Assembly (NCBI GenBank): GCA_001600695.1
Contig: BCKQ01000005.1
Coordinates: forward strand, 921,820 to 985,819
DNA length: 64,000 nucleotides
From: Ascoidea asiatica JCM 7603
Lineage: Eukaryota > Fungi > Ascomycota
Direction: 5' to 3'
Part shown: piece by piece, positions 48,483 to 58,393 of the stretch
How positions within the stretch are numbered: position 1 is the stretch's first letter
Layout: the number at the start of each line of letters is the position of its first letter
Translations under genes and position numbers: made by a program
Notes under the pieces: generated by a model
What the model was told of the DNA's origin: nothing
What the model saw: only the letters and a program-made list of their open reading frames with translations
Database searches by the model: none

Positions 48483-49455
48483 TTTTCTAAAACTTATATT
48501 GAGCAATGAATCAATGAATCAATGAAATCGATTGAATCAAATCAATCTAAAACTAATTGACTTGAATAGAATTGAATACTTTTATTTAATTCAATATTAT
48601 CACCATCAATATTATTATATTTATTGAGATTTGTTTACTTCAGATACAAACACACTCAATTTGAACAAGATAACCGAGGGAAATCGGTGATTCCGTAAAT
48701 GGAAACACGGTGGTTTCTGTTTTTATGTCTTGTTTTAAATCCATGCGCCGGCAACGGTAAAACCCAAGGAAACCCCCGGATTTGTCTGTTTGCTTGATAA
48801 TTTCTTTCTCTCTTTCTTTCTCTCTTTCTTTCTCTGTTGCTACGCTATTTTGCTGTTTTGTTGCTGTTTTGCTAGTTAAATCAGTTCTTAGCACGCAGCA
48901 ATTCGAAGGCCTGGAAAACATATCCCAAAGAGGCAGTTCTATTGATAACACTTCAGCCCCATAGTCAAGGCTGAATAGTTTTAAGAATCTTACTGGAGGA
49001 TATCCAAAGAGCAGCTTATTTACACTACAATTTTACTACAATTTTACTACAATTTTACTTACTTTAAATTATCAATTTTGCCAGAATTACAGATTTAATT
49101 GCTGAAATATACTTAATTGCGTATTGATTAAATAATAAAAAAATAACCATTATAAAGTATAATTATGATTTCTCGACATTGATATTGATATTGATATTGA
49201 TATTAATATTGATATTGATATTGTTCTTAATGTTGATAGATAAAGTAATTGAAATTGTAATTGGAATTGGAATTGAAAATGATTATGATTATGAAATTAT
49301 TTAAATAGATTGAATTTTCTTTTTATTTTATGATTGATTAATTAATTTATTTATTTATTTATTTATTTATTTATTATTTATTTTCTTTATCAATTATCTA
49401 ATCATTTACTTATTAATTATATAATCATATAATATATTACTTCATTATTATAAAA

Positions 49456-49821
49456 ATGCCAATGAAATATACCCCAAGAGCAGAAGGTTTTTCTAAAAAA
49501 CCACCATCAATTAAATCACCAGGTAATAATTCATTTTTAGGTGATATTTTTACATCAGAAGCACCAAAAGAAGAACAAATTTCATGTGGATTTTATAGAC
49601 AAGAAAAAGGTGAACCTTTAGTTTATCATTATGATTATGATGAAATGAAAGTAATTTTAGAAGTTGAAGGTGAATATTTTATTTCTGATGAAACTGGTTA
49701 TAAAGTTAGTGTTAAACCTGGAGATGTATTTTATTTTAAAAAAGGTTGTACAATTACTTTTGAAACAACTGGTTATGGATATGCTTTTTTTACTGGTTTA
49801 CGTCCCGCAGATACTGCTTAA
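49456..49821 (+). CDS. EutQ-like cupin, copy 1
   Basis: ISCGFY...LVYHYDYDEMKVIL...GDVFYFKKGCTITF matches the EutQ/cupin_3 pattern; strong AAAATG context. Confidence 0.8.
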   Translation: MPMKYTPRAEGFSKKPPSIKSPGNNSFLGDIFTSEAPKEEQISCGFYRQEKGEPLVYHYDYDEMKVILEVEGEYFISDETGYKVSVKPGDVFYFKKGCTITFETTGYGYAFFTGLRPADTA

Positions 49822-49883
49822 TAATATTATATATAAATTATATATAAATTATTACTTACTTACTTAGTTACTTAGTTACTTAG

Positions 49884-50329
49884 TTACTTAGTTATTTTAT
49901 TATGTTTTTTTTTATTATTATTATTATTTAATTTTTGATTATTTTTTGGAATAACTATTGAACTTGTAGTTTTAATTAATTTTAAATTTAAATTTTTATA
50001 AATATTATTAACTGAATTTGAATTTGAATTTGAATTTGAATTTGAATTTGAATTTAAATCATTATTAATTGAAAGATAATCAATTTTTATATCTTTAATT
50101 GAATTTATAATTTTTTGAAATAAATTAAATTTCATTTTATTTGAATTTATGAAAATATCATTATTATCATTATTATTATCATTATTATTATTTAAATAAC
50201 TAGATATATTTAAACCAATTAAACCACCAAATGAATTAAAATTATTTCTATTATCATTATTTGGATATAAAAAAGATTTAATTAAATTTAATGAATTTTT
50301 AGGTAATGAAATTAATTTAATTTTAATAA

Positions 50330-50363
<34 letters not shown>

Positions 50364-50569
50364 TGAAGCATTAAAACATAATTGAGGTAAAAAAGATATT
50401 AAAAATTGTGGATTTATATCATTTTTACAAACAATTATTGTATCTAAATTTATAATATTTTTATTTTTATTATTATTATTATGATTACATTGATTTTCTA
50501 AAGATTTTATTGTTGAATTAAAACCAATAGTAATATAATTCATTATTAATGGTTTTTCAATTTTATTAC

Positions 50570-50621
<52 letters not shown>

Positions 50622-50825
50622 TGATATATTTGAATAATATGATTTAATTGGAGATAAAATGATTTTTAATATTTGAATAAAACTATCAATATCCTCATTA
50701 TTATTAAAACTTGGCCAATATATATTATGATTATTATTATTATTATTTGAATCAAGAAATGGTGAGAATAAAATTGGTTTATAAACTTGTTTCTTTTTTT
50801 GAGATAAAGATTTTAAACTATTCAT
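49884..50825 (-). CDS. POP3: RNase P/MRP subunit Pop3-like with poly-Asn inserts
   Basis: VYKPILFSPF...WP, ITIGFNSTIKSLE, IIVCKNDI, LISLPKNS: the L7Ae-like Pop3 pattern. Confidence 0.7.
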
Positions 50826-51658
50826 TTTTCAAGATAAAGATAATTAATTACTTTTTAATATATTATTTGTTATGATAATTATGTTATTTGATTATTTGAT
50901 TATTTCAATATTTTCTAATTGAAATAATAGATAATTTAAAATTTTTCAATATTTATTTATCTACTTCTAGAAATCAAAGTTAAAATATTTATATACAACG
51001 ATATAATATTTTGTTTTAAAAGTGTCAAACACGTGACTAATTAAATTAAACAGTATTTAGATATATATATGTAAATCATGTGATATGAGATATTTATTAA
51101 ACTACATATTGAATAATACAGGGGTAATAATTGATTACTGATTAATGATTCATATATTTATATATTTATATATTTATATATTTACATGAGATTGAAATGA
51201 ATAATAGAATTAAACAGAAGGTAATGGAGAAAAAATTGAAATTAAACTTGGTTTATCAGAACTTTTCCAACCGAAATATATGATAGCAGGAACCCAAGTA
51301 TAATGAGCTACAGTTCTTGAAACTTCCAAAAGTTTCATAATACGTTCCTTTTTGAATAAGTAAGAAGAAACTGTTAGTGAAGTTCCATAAATGAAGTTCC
51401 ATAAATGAAATGAAATGAAATGAAAATGAAAATGGAAAACATAATAAAAAGTGTTAATTTGTATTAAGTGTAATTACATACTCTTGATTCTTCAGAAAAA
51501 GCCATTGTAGAGATAAAATTGATTGGGAAAAGGAAGTAAGTGAGTTGGAAACAGCAAATGGAGCAGAGAATTGACTGGATAATGCTTTTGTGGTTTTAAC
51601 AGATTGAATCTAATTCACTTCGATTGTTCTTTACGAATTACTGACTACTGACTACTGA

Positions 51659-51723
51659 TTGTTCTTTGTTCTTTGTTCTTTGTTCTTTGTTCTTTGTTCT
51701 TTGTTCTTTGTTCTTTGTTCTTT
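51659..51723. repeat. (TTGTTCT)9 heptamer tandem repeat preceded by (TACTGAC)2-3
   Basis: Visible tandem run in the POP3-GPA2 divergent intergenic region. Confidence 0.9.
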
Positions 51724-52513
51724 ATCGATGTTCTTGAAATTCCTCAGATTCCTCAAATTCTTCATTTTTCTTTGCTTTTCTTCAATTCTGGACAAACGAG
51801 CACGTGATTGGATAAATTATTTAATTAAAAAAAGCTTTTTGTGTAATATTCGCCACATTTGCTTCAAATACGGTAAAATGGTGGCTTGTTTTGGTTTTTG
51901 CGCGGCTGACTCCCTGGTTGCCGTGTTTATACGCCGCTGTTCATCTCAGTGCACTATTGCACATGGATCCTCATAGTAAACTGGTGTATTAAACTGCCCT
52001 CTGCTGCGTACTGGTGCCTCACATTCGCACCATTCCCACCACCAATCACTACCACCAATCACTACCACCACCGGTAACTGCCAGTAGTAACAGTAACAAC
52101 TTCTTTTGCTTTTTCAATTCAAAACAATTCCAGTGAATAAATAATTCAAAACAACTCATCTTCATCTTTAATAAATAGAAGTGAATTAAATTAAATTTAA
52201 CTAAATTACCATTACCAATACAATCACATTACCATTACAATTACAATCACAATTACAATCACAATTTATCAATAAATATTCAATAATTCATCATTTAAAC
52301 AATCATTTGAATTCAATTCAAACCAATCAATTCAAATCCAATTCAGATTCAAATTCATCTTCATCTTCATCTTCACAAAGAATTGCTTCATCACCAACAT
52401 TATCTTCATTTCAATTCACATCTAAAATTTTCATTCCATTGAAAAATTGATTATTATTACTTAAATCTTACATTACTTAATATTATATTCAATTACTTTA
52501 TATTTTATCTCAA

Positions 52514-54181
52514 ATGGGTTCATGTGCTTCAAAAGATGCCTCTGTTCAGGATCAATCATCAAATCTGCATTCAATCTCAAGAACTAGAAATTCTTTATCT
52601 CAAAATAATCAAAATAATCAAAATATCAATAACATTAATAATATAAATAATATAAGTAATAATAGTAATAATAATAACATAAGTAATGTAACTAATAACA
52701 ACAATAACAATAATAATAATAATAATAATAATGATTTCAATGAAAAACAGATGAATGATATTGATAACTCAAATAATAATACTAATACCAATAACAATAA
52801 CAATAACAATAACAATAACAATAACAACAATAATAATATACCACTAAATTCAGATCCAAGTGCGAATAATATAAATAATTCAAATAGTAATAATAATATA
52901 AATAGTATTTCTAATAATTTTATAAATAATCAAACTAAAAATCAAACTAATTTAATAAATAATTTAAATTTAAATCAAAATAATAATAATAATAATAATA
53001 ATAATAATCAAAATAATTTTGATAATGATAATCAAAATATTGATACAAATATAAATAAAAATAATCAAGAAGTTAAATTATTATTATTAGGTTCTGGTGA
53101 AAGTGGTAAATCAACTGTTATAAAACAAATGAAAATTATACATCAAGGTGGTTATAATAGTCAAGAATTATTTGATTATAAACCTTTTGTATTCAAAAAT
53201 CTTTTAGATTGTGCAAAATCAATTGCAACTGCTTATAAATCTTTTCCTCAAAATTATAATATTATTACTGATTCAATATCAAATTATAATGAAATTATTA
53301 ATATTAATGATATTAAAGATGTTACCGCAACAAATAATAAAAATATTACCACTAATAATAACAATAACAATAACAATAATAAAACCAAATCAAATGATAA
53401 TACAACTTTATCAATTGATGATTTAAATTTCATTTTAAATTCAAATACTCCAACTAAACCTTCTGAACCTTTTGATCCTTTATTAGCTTTAAAAATTACA
53501 AAACTTTGGAATTATTCTCAAACTGATAAATTAATTAATGATCATCGTAATGAATTTTATTTAATGGAATCTGCAAAATATTTTTTTGAAAGTTTAAATA
53601 GAATTTCTTCTCCTGATTATATACCAACTGTTACAGATATTTTAAGAACAAGAAAAAAAACTTCAGGTGTAACTGAAACTAAATTTCAATCTGGTGGTTT
53701 AAATATTCATATGTATGATGTTGGTGGTCAAAGAAGTGAAAGAAAAAAATGGATTCATTGTTTTGATAATGTTACTTTAATTATATTTTGTGTTGCTTTA
53801 AGTGAATATGATCAAGTTTTATTAGAAGAAGATTCTCAAAATAGATTAGAAGAATCTTTAAATTTATTTGATTCTGTTGTAAATTCAAGATGGTTTGCAA
53901 GAACTCAAATTGTACTTTTTTTAAATAAAATTGATGTATTTGCAGAAAAATTACCTTTATCACCTTTAGAAAAATATTTTCCAGATTATGCAGGTGGTAA
54001 TGATATTAATAAAGCTGTTAAATATATTTTATGGAGATTTAGTAAAGTTAATAGATCTGATTTAAAAATTCGTCCTCATATAACTCAAGCAACTGATACA
54101 AATAATATTAGAGTTGTATTTGCAGCTGTAAGAGAAACAATTTTAGAAAATACTCTTTTAGATACTGGTATATTATTTTAA
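52514..54181 (+). CDS. GPA2: Heterotrimeric G-protein alpha subunit Gpa2 (cAMP/glucose sensing)
   Basis: MGSCAS lipidation motif, GSGESGKST, DVGGQRSERKKWIHCFDNVT, NKID, TQATDT. Confidence 0.93.
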   Translation: MGSCASKDASVQDQSSNLHSISRTRNSLSQNNQNNQNINNINNINNISNNSNNNNISNVTNNNNNNNNNNNNNDFNEKQMNDIDNSNNNTNTNNNNNNNNNNNNNNNNIPLNSDPSANNINNSNSNNNINSISNNFINNQTKNQTNLINNLNLNQNNNNNNNNNNQNNFDNDNQNIDTNINKNNQEVKLLLLGSGESGKSTVIKQMKIIHQGGYNSQELFDYKPFVFKNLLDCAKSIATAYKSFPQNYNIITDSISNYNEIININDIKDVTATNNKNITTNNNNNNNNNKTKSNDNTTLSIDDLNFILNSNTPTKPSEPFDPLLALKITKLWNYSQTDKLINDHRNEFYLMESAKYFFESLNRISSPDYIPTVTDILRTRKKTSGVTETKFQSGGLNIHMYDVGGQRSERKKWIHCFDNVTLIIFCVALSEYDQVLLEEDSQNRLEESLNLFDSVVNSRWFARTQIVLFLNKIDVFAEKLPLSPLEKYFPDYAGGNDINKAVKYILWRFSKVNRSDLKIRPHITQATDTNNIRVVFAAVRETILENTLLDTGILF

Positions 54182-54456
54182 TATCTATATACTGTATATA
54201 TACTGTATATATATATTATATAGTTAAAAAATACATATTGAAAGACTTATTTGGAAAATTGTTAATTTAATTATGTATTAAATAATAATAATGAATGAAA
54301 CATGAAATGTAATTGAATTTGTAAAACTAAAAGTAAAACTAATGTCAATTAATGAAAAATAGGTGAATGAAATATGAAGAAATAAAAGACATAAATATAT
54401 ATATATAGTACATAAAACATAATGTTAAAATGAAGACATAAAAAATTGATTAATTA

Positions 54457-55209
54457 TTAGTGATTATCTTTAAGGATATTATCTTTAATGATATTATCTT
54501 TAAGGATATGATTATTAGATTCAGATTCATGTTCAAGCTGAATATTAAGTAAATTATCTTTTGAATTATTATCAATAATATCATCATTTATAATATTATT
54601 TATACTTGAATTTGTACTTGAAATTGGAGTTATATCATCAGGTAAACCTTGTTCAAGATTTAAATCAAATGAATTTAAATTACTATGATTACCAGAAATT
54701 ATATCATCCATATCAATTGCTTGAATTATCATATTTGCACTATCACTAATTAATTCATTTCTTACTCTATCTTGATATGAATTTTTGAAATTAAAGTTAT
54801 TATTATTATTTCTATTATGAATATTGAAATAATTATAATAAATTTTTGAAAAATTTAAATTTAATTTAAAAATAATAAATTTAATTAAATTTGAAAAAAT
54901 TAAACCAGAAATTGAACCAAAAAAATTTGAATAAATATCATTAATATCAAATTTTCTTGAATTTGATAAAATTGGTTGAATAAATTCAGATAATATTGGA
55001 ATTAAAAAACAACAAATAAAAATTGTTAAAAAATTTAAAAAATTTAATGAATTTAAATCAATTGTCCAAAAAAATAAATTTGTACAAATAAAAAATACAG
55101 AAAAATGTAAAAATTTATCATTATTAAAATTTATATCTGCTAAACCTAAATATAAAGAAATTATTGAAGATATTATAAGTAAAATTAATGGAATTTTTCT
55201 TATTCTCAT
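54457..55209 (-). CDS. VanZ-like small membrane protein (YJR112W-A-like)
   Basis: MRIR plus a TM segment, NDKFLHF, SEFIQ, RKFDINDIYSNFFG. Confidence 0.72.
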   Translation of the reverse strand: MRIRKIPLILLIISSIISLYLGLADINFNNDKFLHFSVFFICTNLFFWTIDLNSLNFLNFLTIFICCFLIPILSEFIQPILSNSRKFDINDIYSNFFGSISGLIFSNLIKFIIFKLNLNFSKIYYNYFNIHNRNNNNNFNFKNSYQDRVRNELISDSANMIIQAIDMDDIISGNHSNLNSFDLNLEQGLPDDITPISSTNSSINNIINDDIIDNNSKDNLLNIQLEHESESNNHILKDNIIKDNILKDNH

Positions 55210-56334
55210 TTTTTTCTTATTTGATCATTCAGGGATATTTTATATTATTTTTTTGAATTAAATTATAATTAAAAGCTTTGATTTCAATTTTTCAAAGTAA
55301 AAAAACTAGAAAATAATACCCAAGTGAATCAACTATTATAAATTATAAACTTTTCTTGAATAATAAAAAAACAATTATTGAATAATTGAATTATATTTAA
55401 TTGAATGAATTGAATTGATATTGAATTGATATTGGATATTTGAATATTTTATACATTTTGTACATTTTGTACATTTTTTAATTTACCAGCTTTAAATTAT
55501 TATCACTTTGAGCAAAGGCCGAATCTGACACAAGCTCAATATCCGCTGTCCGGGGCACGGCTACACCTCTGAGCTGCAGAAAAATGCATACACGGATTTT
55601 TTTTTTGAAAACATGCGGATTTAAAAATAACGGCATGTGATTGAACGTCATGTGACCATGTCTTAAAAAAGTACCTTTAAACTGGCTTCTGGAAGTTGAA
55701 TATTTAGGGCTCTTAATTTGATATTCTTAAAGCACCCGCAGCGCACCCACAACGCAGGCTCGGAACAGGCTCGCACTAAACCAAAAGTAGGGCTCTTCCT
55801 AGGAAATTATGACCTAGTTAGGAAATGATAACGAGTGATAAGCAGAGGCTAAGAAGAGGCTAAACTCGAGCTTCTCTGTTTTAGTTCTGTCTGGGTTCGA
55901 TGGTTTAGTTTACTGAAATTATTTATTTTTTATCTCGAGAACTGATGTTGTTAATTTATTAATTATTAAAAATATAGCAGATATTTACAGAAACCATCTT
56001 GATAATATTTGGATATTCTTCCCTTAAATCAACTTTTCTTTGAATCAATTATTCCTCAGTTATGATTATCATTAACGTTAACGTTAATGATTACTTAATT
56101 CAATTATTATTCAAAAACTATATCACATCAATGATATTTTCAAAATGATTTAAATTGAATTGAATTCCTTTGTTTTAACTATAATTTTAAATTCAAATTC
56201 ATTATTCAAATATCATTTTCTTATAAATTCAATAATATTTATAATAAATCAACTATTTAATTACTATTAATTATCCAAATCAAATCAAATCAAATCAAAT
56301 CAAATCAAATTAAATTAAATCAAATTTATTCAAA

Positions 56335-56697
56335 ATGCCAATGCAATATACTCCAAGAGCTGAAGGTTATGAAAAAACCCCAAAAACTATAACTCCAACT
56401 GCTTTATTAGGTCCAGATATTTTTGTTTCTGATGCAAAACCTTCTGAACAAATTGCATGTGGTTTTTATAAACAATTAGAAGGTGAAAAATTAGTTTATA
56501 CTTATAATTATGATGAAATGAAAGTTATATTAGATGTTGTTGGTGAATATTTTATATCTGATGAAACTGGTTATAAAGTTAAAGCTTCTGTTGGTGATGT
56601 ATTTTATTTTAAAAAAGGTACAACTATAACTTTTGAAAATTTTGGTGGTTATGGTTATGCTTGGTATTGTGGTTTACGTGAAAGAGATGCTCTTTAA
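56335..56697 (+). CDS. EutQ-like cupin, copy 2
   Basis: Paralog of 49456-49821, sharing YDEMKVIL, GEYFISDETGYKV and GDVFYFKKG. Confidence 0.8.
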   Translation: MPMQYTPRAEGYEKTPKTITPTALLGPDIFVSDAKPSEQIACGFYKQLEGEKLVYTYNYDEMKVILDVVGEYFISDETGYKVKASVGDVFYFKKGTTITFENFGGYGYAWYCGLRERDAL

Positions 56698-56982
56698 GTT
56701 TCTAATATCATTTAGTAACTTATACATTCACTTAAATATTATATAAATATCAATATTTAATAGATCAATTAAATAAATTTATATTCAATTGCATATATTC
56801 ATATATTCATATATTCATATATTTCTTTATATTTCTTTATATTCTCTGCTTTTATTCTCTGCTTTTATTCTCAGACATCGCAAATCTGAAATTTTGACAT
56901 TATTTTACAATAAATATTAAATTATTCTTAGCGGGGTACCGCAATAACACTCGAGATTTTGAACTGAACCCGTAAACTTCTT

Positions 56983-56989
56983 TGACTCA
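56983..56989 (+). promoter_or_regulatory. Perfect Gcn4/AP-1 site upstream of ARO7
   Basis: TGACTCA about 150 bp upstream of the ATG. Confidence 0.5.
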
Positions 56990-57138
56990 TTTTTCTATAC
57001 TATTTCTTGTACAAACAACGTTTATATTCTCTTGTTTAAATAATTCATTTAAATACTCAAATTAATAATTATAATCAATTGAATTAATCAATCAATCAAT
57101 TCATCAATCAATTAGTCAAATAAAGTCAATTGAATAAA

Positions 57139-57936
57139 ATGGATTTCTTAAAACCTTCAACTGTTTTAGATCTTAAAAATATAAGAGATGCTTTAATTAG
57201 AATGGAAGATACAATAATTTTTAATTTCATTGAAAGATCTCAATTTTATTCATCACCTTCAGTTTATGAATTAAATAAATATAAAATTCCTGATTTTAAT
57301 GGAACTTTCTTAGATAATTTTTTAATGAAAGTTGAAAATTATCAAACTGAATTAAGAAGATTTGAAGCACCTGATGAAATTCCATTTTTTAAAATTAATA
57401 AAATTCCATTATTACCATCAATTAATTATCCAAAAATTTTAGCATCATATTCAAAAGAAATTAATTTCAATAATGAAATTAAATCTTATTATATTAATAA
57501 TATTGTACCAATAATTTCTGTTAAAAATGGTGAACAACCTGAAAATATTGGTAGTTGTACATTATGTGATATTGATTGTTTACAATCAATTTCAAGAAGA
57601 ATTCATTTTGGTAGATTTGTTGCAGAAATTAAATTTAGATCAGAAACTAAAAAATTTACAAAATTAATTAAAGAAAAAAATATTAAAGAAATTGATAAAG
57701 CAATTACTAATGAAGATGTTGAAAATAAAATTTTAAAAAGATTAATTGAAAAAGGTAAAGCTTATGGTACTGATCCATCTTTAAAATATTCTCAAAATGC
57801 TCAAAGTAAAGTAAAACCAGAAGTCTTAGCTCAAATTTATAAAGATTGGATTATACCTTTAACTAAAAAAGTTGAAATTGAATATCTTCTAAGAAGATTA
57901 GAAGATCCTGATGCCATTGAAGAATCTCAATATTAG
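57139..57936 (+). CDS. ARO7: Chorismate mutase (eukaryotic AroQ class)
   Basis: MDFLKP..VLDLKNIRDALIRMEDTIIF, SRRIHFG, IPLTKKVEIEYLLRRL. ATG at 57139. Confidence 0.97.
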   Translation: MDFLKPSTVLDLKNIRDALIRMEDTIIFNFIERSQFYSSPSVYELNKYKIPDFNGTFLDNFLMKVENYQTELRRFEAPDEIPFFKINKIPLLPSINYPKILASYSKEINFNNEIKSYYINNIVPIISVKNGEQPENIGSCTLCDIDCLQSISRRIHFGRFVAEIKFRSETKKFTKLIKEKNIKEIDKAITNEDVENKILKRLIEKGKAYGTDPSLKYSQNAQSKVKPEVLAQIYKDWIIPLTKKVEIEYLLRRLEDPDAIEESQY

Positions 57937-58393
57937 ATAAATAGATATACAGTAGATATAAATAATAATAGATATAAATATAATAAAGATAAATAAAATA
58001 AATATTCAATAGCCATCCAAAAGAAATTCCATGTTTTTGGTCTCGTTAAAAGTGTTTCCAGGATATCAGACAATAGCAACCATGGTTATGGTCTCGCTTG
58101 TCACCTGACATTGATGTTATCGATATCGTCATTTTATTTATTTATTGCACTTGGTGCTGGAGTAAAAATATATAAGTTAAAGTTGGGTGAGGTTATTTAT
58201 TTCTTGATCTTATTCTTATCGGAATCAAGTCTTTCAATTATTTTATATTATTTGCAATCAATGGTAGTTAAATCCTTTTTTTTATTCAACTAAACTGTTT
58301 AATTTTATCCTTTTTTAATTACCTAGATTTATAACTTCACTTATCCAATATATTAATTAAATACATATGTTATTTTGAATGCTAATTAAATAA

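Noticed and set aside
48670-48765. GGGAAATCGGTG resembling RNase P RNA CR-I
   Set aside because: No matching CR-V/P4 partner; it is better explained as a local CCG/CGG inverted repeat.
37274-52830. Antisense or alternate-frame poly-Leu/Ile/Met ORFs (37274, 37644, 47447, 47559, 52618) and the repeat-derived ORF at 51659
   Set aside because: They are shadows of AAT/GAT microsatellites or of the heptamer repeat.
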